Below are positions 11,756 through 24,999 of a stretch of 64,000 nt of DNA, piece after piece. Origin of the DNA: Eutreptiella sp. 'Long Island Sound 2002' (taxonomy: Eukaryota > Protista > Euglenida); contig OZ038378.1 in NCBI GenBank assembly GCA_964036045.1, positions 22,444,001 through 22,508,000 of the forward strand, written 5' to 3'. The position numbers and the translations under genes were made by a program. The notes beneath the pieces were generated by a model. It was not told the DNA's origin and made no database searches. It worked only from the letters and a program-made list of their open reading frames with translations. Numbering within the stretch: the stretch's first letter is position 1; every line of letters begins with the position of its first letter.

Positions 11756-13700
11756 TTGACTGTTGGCTGTTTTCGACATATGCTGAAAAAAGCCCCCCGA
11801 TCTACCCCTTTTCGGAATCTAATGGAAGCGAGAATGGTGAATTTACTGTCTCATCAACAGTTACACGAATTGGCAGAGTTGTATAATCAGTGCCTTTCTG
11901 GGGAAAACATGTGTAGCAAAGATTGGGGAGATTTCTATGCACTTCTTTATAAAGTGCCCCATGGCCCCATCGCAAATTGTAGACCATTGTTAAATTTCCA
12001 TGCGTTATGGAAATTGTTTTCTGCGTGCATGAAGCAACATGTTTCTTCCTTGTTCCAACCGGAAGTCATTCCTGTCACGCAATTTGCATTGTGGAGAAAA
12101 TCCTCTGCAAATGATGTCCTTTGGGTCATTCATGACCATATCAATGACAGGTGGTTTCACAATCAAGGGATTCGCCTATAGGCGAATCACAGGATTCACC
12201 CCATAATACCACTCATATGCACTTTCACTATAGAATCTTTTAAAGATTTTTGGGTTCTCAGGCCCGTCAGGCCAAGTAAAGAGATCCAGACCAAATGTCA
12301 GCCATCAGCATGGAGTCCCTCACCTTCAAAGATTTCGTCTCCAAGGGCCAGTTCGAGGTCTACAAGAGCACCCTCCCCGCAGACCACTTGGCGAGAGCGG
12401 CAGTGGAAATCATGCAGCGCATCAGAGATGCGGGGGTGGACCATGACAAATGGCTGCAGGACCTCAAGGTGGCCTCTGGTTGGGACGAAGATCCACTCAA
12501 ACTCCTCCACGCCATTGCTGGCTATGAGAGCTGCTGTCGATGCACAATTGAGGTCCAGACAGGGGAGTTCAAGGCGAAAAAGGAGACGGAGCTGGCGGTC
12601 AGCGACGAGATCAGGGCTCGCATCAAGTCGTTTTTGGAGTCGCAGTGGAGCACTTTTGTGAAGCTCTGCTCCAGTGCCGAAATCGCGAAGGCGGGAATGG
12701 AGGTGGCACAGCTGGCAGCCAAGCACCGCCTAGCCATCCGAGAGTTTGCTGAGGACATCCCGGAGACCCGAGAGCCAGAAGACCCCGAATTCGTGCTAAA
12801 GGCAATGGGAGCGCTGGCCCTCTTCGACAACTTCAAGTGGATCATCATCCGGGAAGGCCACAAGCTGAATCTGGTAACGGCAGATGCATCGGATGTGGGA
12901 AAACCAAACGCATCTGTAGACCCGGAGGAGCAGGAGATCTCAAAACAGTGCGCCAGTGAAGGAGCAAGCATCAGTGTTGGCTTTGTGTACTGTGTATGTG
13001 TGAGCTGTACCTGTCAGGAGGTTAGGGGGGAATCGTACAATATTTTTGGTGCTTGATGACATCCGACATGCCTTTGGCTGTGTACAGCATACCACATTAG
13101 AACATGTATTAAGATTAGCAGGCTTTCAAGAAAGATGGATCAGCATCATCATGGGTGCAGCACAAAACTCTTGAATACACACGGGAGGAAAAAGGGTAAT
13201 AAAGCTAGCCATTACAATTTTCCGGGCTGGGATTGCCCAGGGATGTCCGATTTCAGCATTAATATTTTGCCTCTTGCTGGAACTATGCATTGCAATCATT
13301 AGGCATCAGATTCCCATGCCAACCAGTCCAGGAGGTGCTTTTTTTTCTTAGAATCTCATACTTGGATGACACAACGTTTGTCTTGGATAATGTAGATGAC
13401 ATGCAGCAATTATTAGACAAATAGATGATTGCAGGCCTGTATACGCATCTGCATACTTCGGTGGTAAAACTCACACCCAGAGGCACATCCATGACAGGTG
13501 GCAAGGTACAATATCACACTCATGTTTTCAGGGCGGGAGGGAGCACACTCATTTTGCTCAATGCAAATGATTATGGCCAACTTTTGGGGAGACATGTTTT
13601 GCCTCATGTGTTTCATAGACAGGATTGCAGAAAAGCTTTTGTCGGCATGCAAGAGAGCCGGTATAGCTCTCAGATTAGAAAGACTTTCAACCAACTATCC
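11756..13700 (+). pseudogene. LINE reverse transcriptase, interrupted at ~12169-13034
   Basis: ANCRPLLNF..WKLF, TQFAL; after the insert IFLVLDDIRHAFG, GIAQGCPISALIF (13229-), YLDD (13359-13370); internal stops and frameshifts. Confidence 0.88.
12295..13056 (+). CDS. Orphan ORF (253 aa, predicted helical) inside an insertion that splits the LINE RT
   Basis: Uninterrupted ORF with G/C-ending codons, unlike the surrounding AT-richer decayed LINE; ttttgggttctcag acceptor-like site upstream. No family recognised; last ~25 codons may be read-through into flank. Confidence 0.55.
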   Translation: MSAISMESLTFKDFVSKGQFEVYKSTLPADHLARAAVEIMQRIRDAGVDHDKWLQDLKVASGWDEDPLKLLHAIAGYESCCRCTIEVQTGEFKAKKETELAVSDEIRARIKSFLESQWSTFVKLCSSAEIAKAGMEVAQLAAKHRLAIREFAEDIPETREPEDPEFVLKAMGALALFDNFKWIIIREGHKLNLVTADASDVGKPNASVDPEEQEISKQCASEGASISVGFVYCVCVSCTCQEVRGESYNIFGA

Positions 13701-14349
13701 TCTCCTCATGTATAATGCGAATGCTGGGGGTACCCAAAGATGGATAGCTGGAGTCCGCCCCCAAGCACATGCCACAATGCGTTTATGTGATTTTGCAGCA
13801 GCCTCAGCTATCAAGGCCACAACGAACTGTGCCCCCGTTCCCTCAGCTACTTTCATGCGCCACTACAGTTTGGTTGGACTGGAATACTCCTTGCCACGGT
13901 GACCATTTTGCATATTTTTGTGGTTACCATCGTCAGATGAGCAGGACATCTCAATCCTTTAGTTCGTAATTTTGTGATGCATGGGCTTTGGAGAGCAGTG
14001 CACAATTTCCATCCTGACATGCCATGTATACAGGAAATGTTTGGGAACATTTGTCCCTCTCACAGCACGGATTATGACAGATTTATCCAATACACACACC
14101 TCATGGACATTAAAGTCCATTTGGCCCCGCATACAATGAAATCGGACGATCACATTAACATGCATAAGTGCACACACAGTTGGCAAGCAGTACAGATGCA
14201 TGCATGGATGACAGCAGGAGGCAGAAACTTGCACTCCGCTCGAAAGGCTAGGTGGCCCATACCGGATTGGATGTTCCACCTTCCAAGCATGGTATCAAAG
14301 CCTGCAGTAGCATGTGAAGCCATTTTGCTGCACATCACGTTTTTACCAG

Positions 14350-14650
14350 CAAACCCGTTTTTTGTCACAGATGGGTCCAGACTATCTCATGGGAGGGTAG
14401 GAGGGGTTGTGGCTATCTGTGACTCCGACACTTTGGTGTATCAAGTGTATCCTATACATCGCCCCATCTACCTAGACCACTCCTTCGCCATTGAAATGTA
14501 TGTAGCATGGATCACTTTGCGCATGTGAATAACCCCGGGTACACAAGATGGAACATGGTACACTAAGTCACACACTAAGACACATACGAGGATTCACAAT
14601 GGTACATCTTAGCACTATAGTCCGATTCAAATCGGACAATACCAATCCTT
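14350..14650 (+). pseudogene. RNase H domain of first LINE
   Basis: FFVTDGS..G..GGVVAI, SFAIEMYVAW, then FKSDN in a shifted frame (D/E/D pattern). Confidence 0.7.
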
Positions 14651-16399
14651 CGGGACTTGCTTTCCGCATGCAGACAGCTCTCCTCGAAATTTCCGGTTCC
14701 TATACATATCTTCTCACATTGAAAAGGTACTGTGCTGGACACCATCCTGGACAGCGTTGACCACTGTGCAAAGAAAACTGCTTTATCTCAAAGACCAAAA
14801 CTTGGATGGAATTCTGATCTGCAGGACCCACAAGCAGTCTTTTCATATAAGGTTAGGCAACAACATGACATGGATTCATACATACATGCAAAGATGCTGG
14901 AACTGTACTGCAAGGTACAGAATACAGATTTCAGAGCTCACGTTCTAGAATATGCATTGTTTACGTCAATAGTCATGAATGGATATATCATGTGGAGTAC
15001 ACATCTTCACATAGTTGCATACAAGCAGAACATCTAGCAGCCGCAGCCATCCAAGTGTAGTTGGTGTGAAAAGAAAAATGATGCACGTCACATGCTGGAA
15101 GAATGCCCGTACCGAGATGTGGTAAGATATGTACTGTACTTGAAACTGGCAGTTCTGATACCGGATATCCTACCGTCTTGGAAATAATGCATACCCACCC
15201 CCTAGGGCTTGTGGGTACGGCGAGGTGCTACGACCATTCTCCTGCATGTAATCGGGCAACCTGGTGTGCATATCCCACACATTTCGCTTTGCATCACACC
15301 AGATGGGGAAGTAACCACGGATATGACACATGCCATGGAAAAACTGGGTGTAGAGGAACCTAAACAACAAAAATTGTTGGGTTTCATACTCGCTACCATC
15401 CATCGGTTGCGAACTGCAATAACGCTCCCTTTAATGTTGCAAACACAGGACTTTTGTGCACCCAATGATGCGCCCATGACTTTGTGGTAACAAAACAAAA
15501 ACAAAAAGTTCAACCGGATTGTTTCTTGGCTGTCTCACAGCCAAAATGTGACCTTGACTGGCTTCTAACTGCTCAAGAATGGCCCAAGCAAACACACCTG
15601 AATGTGCCATGGAGCCCGAATATCTCGTGGGCTGTATGGGAGCAGATTCAGGAGGGAAGGAGTGGTAGGTCAGGCTCACATCTCTCAACATATCCTGCAC
15701 CACCCCCTTGCCCATTCTGATAGCAGCCTGTCCACTACCTCATGCATCTCGACGCCTTGTGGTTGTTTATTGATGCTCCTCTGTGTTGCTGTAGGCCCAG
15801 CAAAATCAGATGTTCCCTACCCTTTTGTGACGCCGTGTCGCGTTGATATCCCTGCTGTAGTCTGGACTCGAACCCTCGTCATTCTCCTCACCATTTTCTG
15901 AGTCACTGGGCACCATGCCTGCACACAATCCTGACTACTGTGAGCCCGATGAACCTTGACTGTCAGCTGACTCTCACAGGGGGGGCTACAGCTCTATCAA
16001 CCCTAGCGACGGGCACGTGGATGCCCAACCACATGCACAGCACCTACAGCTCCTGGACCCGAGGAGAACACAACAAGCGGTGCGATATTGGGTGCTTGAT
16101 AAAACGAAGCAAAAAAAATCTGCTGGGCGTTGCAGGACATGGCATCATCTTCTTCCTGCTGTTGTGCATGTGCAGTGGCCATACTATTGTCATCTGCTTG
16201 CGGTGGCTGTACTGTTGTTGCCCAAAAGTTGGGGGCTACATATCCCCTGCGGTCACCCCCTCCCCCCCCAAAAAACGTGCATTGTGGTGCCATGGGTCCG
16301 GTCAAGTGAGCCCCCTTTTTCCCGGCGCACCTCTCGCCCTCTCGTTGGTTGGCACTTGGGGACTATCTGACAACAGATAGGGCAGGAGGAGGAGGAGGA

Positions 16400-17560
16400 G
16401 GAGGAGGAGGACCTGCGACCCAGGCCTTGCTGGACGCACGACTAGCACTGCAAATGGGACGCATATGCTAGCTGGTTCCCGTTAGCTCTGCCTCGCTGAG
16501 AAGCCAAGGGACTTTTGCGGCAAGTACAGGAGTTTGCCTCAGGGCCCATAGGCTCACACTCCCCTGCGCACCCTGCTCATAGGCACCCCAGTTCGAGCCT
16601 GCCAGGTGGTAGTCAAGTGGGACTATATGCTAAGCACACACGGTCCTAATCTCAACTTAGTCACCCCGGCAGTCCGTCCCATAAGCTGACTTGCATGAAA
16701 TACGAAAGCAAGAATCAAAACTTCACCAGGGTTCCTCAACCCATCTGTCCACAAGCGACTGAATTAGACGGTCCGTACAGATATCTTTTGGATGTTTATC
16801 ATGTCCATCCCCTCATGTGCCTTAGATGGGGAAGGGATTTGCTTGAGATGTGCACTTGAATGAGTGTAACAAAGAGGGGAGGATCAAAAAGGCCATTTTT
16901 GGGGGGTGTTTTCAGGGGATGGGAGGGGGGGGCGGAATGAGGGACCAGTGATGGGGGATCTCATATTTGGGGGAGGGAGGCGTTCCGCTGAGGGCAAACG
17001 ATGAGGTGGGGCTTGGCTGAGAGTGGGGGGGTGGACAAAAGTTCTGATGTCTAAAGCCAAATAGGCCTTCCAGCCCTTTCATGAAGTTCTGGTGGCCCTG
17101 TATGCTAGTTTAGTCGTCCATTTGGGCCATTTGCCATTGAAATACGTGTCCCCAGAATCGGATTTTGAGCCACATGGCCTAAGATGGTGCCGCCTGTGGC
17201 TGCCTAGTTTGCATCCCGCAAGTTCAATTTGTTTGTTTTCGGGCGATGACTTGGGTATAATGGGAAATTGCAGGCGAAGCAAGGCATACAAGACACGAGC
17301 AAAGCAAGCCACTTTGTTTTCTCAAATCAGATGTTCATGTGGGCTTTGGTGCTATTTTGGGGGGGAAACGGCCATCTTCTGCCTAAACTGAGCCAGAATA
17401 GCATCTCAGTCTGCGGCTTGTGCGCTAGGCCGCTGTTGAGCTTTTGGATCAAAGTTGGGATTTGGCAAACGAACCTGTGGGGGTATGAGACGCTACACTT
17501 GCGATTGGTGGCAGACCGCTATTTTATGGTAATGATCAAAATGCAATCCACCTTGCAACA
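16400..17560 (-). pseudogene. Highly degenerate RT remnant, DIRS/YR-retroelement-like
   Basis: Minus-strand RVLYALLRLQFPIIPKSSPENKQIELAGCKLGS resembles the post-YxDD segment of DIRS-type RTs; multiple stops. Confidence 0.35.
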
Positions 17561-17899
17561 AGCCTAGGAAAGTAAATGTGAGGTGAAGCATTGAGGACTA
17601 GTGGGGGTTCCAACTCCGGGGCCTGCCCTGGCCGAGTGGTCAGACAGATCTGGTTCAGACAGATCTGGTTCACTGATCCTCCTCCTCCTCCTCCTCCTCC
17701 TCCTTCCCTCCCTCCCTCCCTCCTCGGCCGGGGCAAAAGGCATACTGACTCCCGGGTCAACCCGGTTTTGCTGGTCGGCCTGATAACCCCCTACTACGTA
17801 AATATCTCCTGCCTCCGACGTCCGCATGTGCTGCGTGGCCTTTTTGTGCCGCACTGGGTGTAGCAGCCGGTGCCTAAGCCGTTCCTCTTGTCGCCTCCT

Positions 17900-20400
17900 C
17901 CTCCTCCTCCCTCCTCTACCTCCTTCCTACCCGTGGTTATGACCCTTCATTTTCATATGTTGTGATTCCGTGTTTTGTCCCCGACTTTTTTCTTTGGGTG
18001 AGCCGCAGGTGCAAATCCTCTGGTTTCAGGTACCCCAGCTGCACATATGTTGGCCAATGGGGAATGCAAGTGTGGCCGATGATTGTGCCACGGTTGCCCA
18101 ATTTTGTTACATCCATTGGGGGCAAGTGGATGAACTACCCTTTTCAGTGGTTCACGTATGGCAGCCTGGCGGGTAGTGTTGGTTTGTCGGTCTATGGCTT
18201 TAAAGGCCCATATCCTCAGGTGCGTTTACTTCCTGCATCACACCCCGCAATCTGTTTAAGCTGCACACCCACAAATGCCGCCAGCTTGTCGTAGTCGCTT
18301 AGCAGCCCCGCCGGCCATGCAACTTAGCTTGCAGACTCCGTTGCAATTACCACGATTTGCTGTGTTTTTGTCGATACCGTACAACCCCCAACAGACGTTC
18401 AACGTTTTGCTTCCCGCTACTCCTTGCCTGATCCAATTTTTTCACATTTTTGGGCATATCACTGGGCTGAGTTTTGAGGTGCTGAGGACACTGCACGGTC
18501 TTCAGGTGTCAACAGGAATTATACCTGCAGCCAGAGGCTCGGTCATTTGCAGCAGCATCCATGTCCCCAGAGGTGAATGAATAAGTAATCCACCATTCGT
18601 TTGGTTGCTGTGGATCCAGTTAGGGCCAGCTGACGTGTCAACGTGTCATTGAGGTAATCATTGCTGTTTCTTTGCACTGTATCCTTAAGCGCAGGAGGAC
18701 TAACATGTCTCATAGCGCCCGGACAACAAGACAATCTTTCCAGGGGGCATTTCTCGGCGCCAAGGCTGTGATTGCTGCCATCTAAGGTCTACAGTCCTAT
18801 GCAAGTGGCTACTTCTTCTGGCTTTTCATGGAAAGTAGGTGGATCTAGGATGCCGTTGTAGTTTCATTGCTTGCTGCATGAAAGAATCTATATGGAAATG
18901 TGCATAGCCAAGTCTCCTGTGATGTAACAGCTCCGACTGCAGTTACTGGTCGTTGATGTGTAGCCTGTCGGTTGTAGAGCCCAGCAAGATTTGCCATGTC
19001 CCATTTTGTACTCAGGCATGGCTGGTGAGATCAGCCGCCGCTTGCCTTGGGCCGTACACATTTCTCCCTTGTTACCTCATTCTGAGGGCAGAAGCAGGGC
19101 AATTGTGGTCCTGGGCTGCTACAATCATTTCATTGGCGATGGTTGCGGAACCAGCTGCTACAAGATGGGCTGAAAAAACGTGGCTTGCAGATTGGATATG
19201 TAGTCCAACAGTGAAGAGGCCAAACTCTGCCAAAAAGGTAAGCGCCAAGGCGCCTATTGGCCTCTGAGTAAGAATGTTTTGTTTCATGTGGGATTGGCTA
19301 GGAGATTATTGAAAGCATTTCCATTTTTGATTTGGGCTTTGGTTCTTCTTGCCTTGCCAAGAGTGAGTGCACGTACGAGGAGCAAGAATAGCAGACGTTT
19401 CTGGTATTACCAGAATTGTTTCACTGTGCTGCAGGACGCCTCCATGTACTCTATGATTTTTACTGCTTTGCGGTTGCTCAGGTCGTCCCTGCACATTAAC
19501 AACCCGCTGTCCAATTGCACGATCGTGGCTGTATCAAACAATGAAAAGAGAATTCATTCTGCTCGTAGGTTTAAGATCTGTATCTACAAGGCATCTCCTG
19601 TTTTTAGCTCAACCCTTGCCTGTGTTACAGTGATACCCTATAATTGGCTTCCCGAACTCCATCCCAGGCAGGATTTAAGCTTCCAGACAATCAGAAGTGT
19701 CGAGGTAGGTTGCTGGGATTGTTTGCAGGACCCCTGATCACTTGTGGAGAAAATGTTTCCTTTGACACAAAATGGTTTGGGTGATAATTGTACCCCGGCC
19801 TAATTTTTTGCCCCCTTAGGGTCGTGGTGTGTATCTTCCCTTTTAGGATGGAGCTTTTATCACCCCTTTTGGTCAATTGTGGCCTCCAAAAAGCAGCGCA
19901 CTCTCCCCCTCCAACATGATGACCCCGATATGCAGTCGTAAACCATGCTCACTTTGGGTGTGGTCCCAAGACAGCAGGGCTGGCAGGGGAATGGCAGCCA
20001 CGATTCGCGCCCATTTTGGTGTGGCGCTGAGAATGCAGGGGCGTGCAGCCACAATCCACATTCTTTTTGGTTTGGGCCCCAAACGGCAGTGCTTACGTGG
20101 CCAGACACCAGGTTTTTGTTTGGTTTTGGCCTCGAGGCGGCAGGTGATATGCTCTAGGGCAGTGTAGCCTGCAAGGGAAGGCATATGTAGCCACATTCCA
20201 TCGCCAACGGAAATCATTGCTTTACACCTGCATTTTATGGGTTGGCGTCTTAGAACTGCTATGATGTAGAAATTCTGCACCGTTACATACGGTGCGTGAT
20301 TGTTTGGCCTTTTTTTGGCCTCTGTTGGAGCCACCTTCATAGGCAACACGTCCAAATTGGCAAATTTCTCCCCTCCCCTGGGCAAGAGTTGAGTCTATCG
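17900..20400 (-). pseudogene. Degenerate retroelement remnant (DIRS-like RT suspected)
   Basis: Minus strand ~19300-19530 reads GLLMCRDDLSNRKAVKIIEYMEASC..QKRLLFLLL, a decayed xxDD motif with RT-like spacing; the rest is fragmented. Confidence 0.3.
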
Positions 20401-21102
20401 AAAGTAAGTAAGTTGGAAGGTGGTGGTCACTGCCATACTGCAGGTAGAGTAATGTTGTCCGGTTTCCGTTTTTTCTGTTCTGGTCGTTTCATGCCACGGA
20501 GAGAGAGACCCTGGCTGGTACCCCCCCCCCCCCCGCCAATTGTTCCATTTTGAGTCGATAACTCCGACGTGATGGATGCATGGCATGGCTGGTCTGATGC
20601 GTTCAACTGACACTGAACAGGGGTGATGGGCACAATGGTTTGAGGGGTGTGTTGTTTTTAGGTCATTTGCATCTAATTGGAGGCATGGACTAATATTGTT
20701 TTAAAGCAGTCCGATTTTCTTGCCCCCATTTGAAGCATTTTCTCCTTTCTCTGACCATGCATGATTGGGACAACGAAATGCGAGTCAAATGTATTATGGA
20801 CCACTAGTTAATCTCTGCCCCACCTCCACACTGCACCAAATTGATATTGCCTGCTTTTGTTGAGCTGAAGCTTTTCAATTGGAGGAGCCGTTACCTATTT
20901 TTCTCAGTTGGGTCCCACCAAAGTTGGAATATTCGTCAGTGAAGTATTTGTGGCAATTGTGGCATCCGTAAAGCTGCCCAAGCATGTTTGGTAGAACATC
21001 AGAGTATGATGCACAATGCATAGTGAACACTATTATGAGGATGGATGAAAAAGATAGTCAAGGTTTTCGTCAAGGTTTTCGTCATAGAATTAAATATTAT
21101 TA

Positions 21103-23440
21103 TTGCAGTGTGCGCGCCTTTCAAATTTTGCAAAGCAGAGCGCGCGTGTACCACTACAATGTGCTGTGGTCCATTACACTCCCCCCACAAGGTCTGTGCT
21201 GGGTTCAGTGCCCAACAGAGGCATCTACAACCAGCACGGGGCTGATAAAAGGACTCATGGCCTCAGTAGTCCGAGAGAAAGCTGCATTAAAAAAATAGAC
21301 ACTCAGAAAGTGTGATGAAAATACTCAAAACTCTGGTTCAAACGTACAAAAGCTGACATGTTATCTACTACCACACACAAAACGAACGGTCCTTGCTTAA
21401 AAAAAAAAATCAGCCCGCTGCAACAAGGGCTGCAAAAACCCACTGCAAGAAGTGTTTAACAAAAAAAATATGTCCCAAAATCCCGTGGCAGAATGAGAAG
21501 CATTCAGAGCAAAAAGACCAAGCAGAATTGTCATCACTGAAGCAACAAAATCAGTATGGAACCCGAAGTGATGAACAAAAATCACTCTGGCGAATAGTAT
21601 AAATTACTTCTTTCATTCTTTATTTTGATGCTTCTGCTTGGCCCTCTGATTCCCAACACTGCACAGAGCAAAGGAAGAAAAAGGGTACATACAAGAAAAA
21701 CGGCGTAGTGCGCTCTGAGCCGTATCAAACGTGCCGTGGCCCGTGGAGCTCAACTTGCAAAATCGTGAACCTCAAAATACTCTTCTTTTGAACACTCCAT
21801 CGAAAACCTGACGAAGGACGTGGATGAAGACAAACAGCAAATGAGGTTCGAACACCTCAGAGACCCTGTGTGAGCGCCGATGCACAACTCAATTTCTGAT
21901 GCACAAATCATTTACCTGCATTGCAATATATCAATCACATCACATCAACAGAAACACTCGTGTGTACTACTGTACTCACCCACTCACTGTACTTAACCAA
22001 CAAAAAAAAACAAACACAAAAAGAATCCGCATGGGGTATAAGACGAAAGGCGGACACTCCAAAGTCGCGCTTGGCTTGGAGCGTGCAGGGCGCGAATACA
22101 GCACACACAAAGCAACGCTCAACGTAGTGACACAGCACACGTTCGGATTCTACTTCCAGGTGTACCTTAGCCCTACATAACACATTTTCAGCTTCAAAAA
22201 CCAGAAAAAAAATTTTCAGGGTGCACACCACTGTGGCACCACCTGACAGGCTGCGGTGGCAGGCTTCCACTTCTGCCCCAGCGCTTTGGGCCAATACGGC
22301 GCTGCTACCTATAAAGGGGTCCCGAGGCCTCACGCCTCTATAAACGAGGGGGTTCCCCATAAAAGTTCCATGTTGGCCAAGCAGGCCGAAACGGACATTG
22401 TGTTACATAAATGGCCCTCAGAGCCACCACCATGCACTGCAAGCTTCAGAGCTATAGCCATAGAAGGTCAAAGCAAAAAAAATTGCACGAAAACCCAACA
22501 AAACAAACAAAGTCATACCATTGACTTGAATTCACCCTCACCCTGTCTCACACCCTGTCTCACTGTCACTCGGCCTCCTTCTAATTCGCGAACTCCACGT
22601 CATGTCCTCGGCGGCGCGCTGCTTCCTTGGCGCGCTGAACACGACGCCCTCCTCTGCGGGGCTGTACGGCGCTCGTACTCTTGTTGGGCGCGATAAGCTG
22701 GGCGCGCAAGGCCTGTAGGCGACTCCGTAGTTCCTCTAGCTCCTGCTTTTGTGATTCTCCGCGGTGCTCTAGTGATCGCACTTGCTGCAGCGCCGAATCA
22801 CGTTCCTCACAATGTTGCTCCACTCTGGCACGCGCTAGCCGTAATTATTTGTGTAATCTCTTGCTCAACTTGTCACTGTGTCGCCGCTCCTGCCGTAGCG
22901 GAATCTCGAGCTCTCCTTGTTGGTCAGCGAGGCGCAACACTTGGTTGCGCAACTCCCATACCTCAACCTTCACACCAACTTCAGCGGGTTCGTGATCTGA
23001 CGACCCTCCATGCGTTGCAGCCGTGGATGAATACCTGGCAGACTCTGGATATGCCTTACTGGATAGTGTCGTCCCACTGGATCGCGTCGAACTCTGCTCG
23101 TGCCGTTGGCTTCCCTGACGCGGGGAGTTCGATCCCATGTGTCTCCTAGATGAACTCGATGGATGGGATTGTAATCAAACTTATGCTTGTTTTTATGAAA
23201 TCTTCCAAATCAGCATTGATTTCCCAAATCCTATGTTATCAAACACAACAAACATTAATTCGAAAACGTAATTTCATCCCATCCATCTGTAACAATGCAA
23301 TACAGTATTTTATAATAAAATACAGAATCAAATTGTGAACTACTCACAGCGGTGCTTTAAGTTTTGCAGTGTGCGCGCACTTCAGATTCTGCAAAGCAGA
23401 GCGCGCGTGTACCACTACAATGTGCTGAGGTCCATTACAC
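21103..23440. mobile_element. ~2.2-kb segment bounded by 77-bp direct repeats (21103-21179 and 23364-23440)
   Basis: ttgcagtgtgcgcgc..gcaaagcagagcgcgcgtgtaccactacaatgtgctg(t/a)ggtccattacac occurs twice with few mismatches. Confidence 0.6.
22581..23138 (-). pseudogene. Coiled-coil ORF (~185 codons) with one in-frame TAA at 22845-22847
   Basis: ORFs 22845-23138 and 22581-22823 share a frame; heptad-like E/Q/R/L-rich sequence; GC-rich codons. Confidence 0.5.
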
Positions 23441-23877
23441 ATTTCAAGTAGCTTAATACTAACAACTTAACTATGATAGAATATCAATAAATGAGAAGGA
23501 CAAAACAATTTAGCTTCACTGCGGAGTTAGTAATTCGATGTTAATGAGTGAGACATTCAACCCTCGACAAAGCGGGCAAAATGAAGGTCCGTGAGGGGAA
23601 GCCACAACACATTGGCTCGCATATGCGCATTGTTTGTCGAAAAGATTCACAATACTTGTTAACGACATTCAAACTTCATTGTTGCATGTGTGCCGTGATG
23701 GCAAAGATCAAGGTAGATTTTGGTGTTTTTTGACAAGGAACCTAAAAGAAGCATAGGATGACTGGAATGCCAAATTTTGATTTATTTGGTAATGTAGGAG
23801 GTGTGCTGTCATTTGGCCCAACGACATGAAGAACCATCTGATGTTGGAGTTTTATGAAACAAATAGGATGGTGTAGA

Positions 23878-24052
23878 TACTTACGTCTACTAGAACAGCC
23901 AGCTCTGTTACTTACGTCTAATGGCCCCTATAATGTTCCGGCAGACACACAAGATTCTACTTACGTCTAGCGGAATGAGTGTTACGTCTAGCGGAATATT
24001 ACAACCGGACCAAATTGAACATTATAATGTTCCGCTAGACGTATCACGACGT
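23878..24052. repeat. Clustered TTACGTCTA(GCGGAA) motifs, direct plus one inverted copy
   Basis: acttacgtcta x3, ttacgtctagcggaa x2, inverted ttccgctagacgta ~24030-24043; resembles transposon subterminal binding sites. Confidence 0.7.
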
Positions 24053-24999
24053 ACATCCTCCGTAATTGCGACATATCGTATCTAAAAAGACGGACATTTT
24101 CTATCATTTTTTAATCTTTTTTAATTCATTGTGGTATTTCAAAACTTGCATTGAAGTAGACGCCAACTCAATGGGACAATCAAGACGAACAAGGATCGTT
24201 TGTGCCGCCCTCCCAACCGGCGCCTCCGTTACCCCATCATGAAAAACGAGAACATCGTATTTAATACTACCATACTTAACTGCAATCTCAAAACCGCAAA
24301 AAAAGAAGAAGATGTGTAGTTGGGGTAGCGGCACGCTCAAAGGTAGCACTTTCAACGTTGTAACGGTAACTATACGCATACAGTACAACCGTTTGTGAGA
24401 CCAAAAATTCACATAACATTGCAAAACCAATGTTACGATCCCATATTTGAATCTCAAGTAATGACGGTGCACTACACCGCAGAATTATAATCTTAATGCC
24501 GCTAGTAAACATTAACATCATTGTAGCTTTACAAAGCAACACCATCACCCCTTTACAGTAATGCCAAAAAGTAAATAATTCAACTTGTACTTTAGCTTCA
24601 AAAGGCATCATAGGCGGAGGGTACATAAGTAAAGTCTTGCCGATAAAAAAATCTAATTCTTCTAAAAACTTGTCAGCTACCGTACAGTAAGCACAATCAA
24701 ACCTCACCACGTTAGCCAATTTACCCAAACCATCGGAAAACATCGCACATTGCCACTTATGCTAACGGTTCACTATAGCCAGACTAATCTCCGATGCCAA
24801 CGAATTCGTGTCATCATTAGCGCTCGAAATAACAAAGTTAATTGCACATACGAATTCGTTCATTCTACCATGGTGCACAATCCAAGTGTTGAGGTCTCTA
24901 GAAAGCGGCGTTGCCACATTACGTTTGGGTTGTAACCGCATCAGTCATCGCTACCAAAGTCGAACTAATGCAAAACAAGGTTCAAATTATAAGAATCGA

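Larger units (their letters stand above)
5300..15507 (+). mobile_element. Degenerate non-LTR retrotransposon (APE-RT-RNase H-CCHC; I/Ingi-like domain order) with two nested insertions
   Basis: CxxC..H..C knuckle ~9287-9348; APE 10554-11282; RT 11756-13700; RNase H ~14350-14650; C-x2-C-x7-H-x4-C at 15056-15109; A-rich 3' tail caaaacaaaaacaaaaag ~15490-15507. 5' boundary approximate. Confidence 0.8.
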
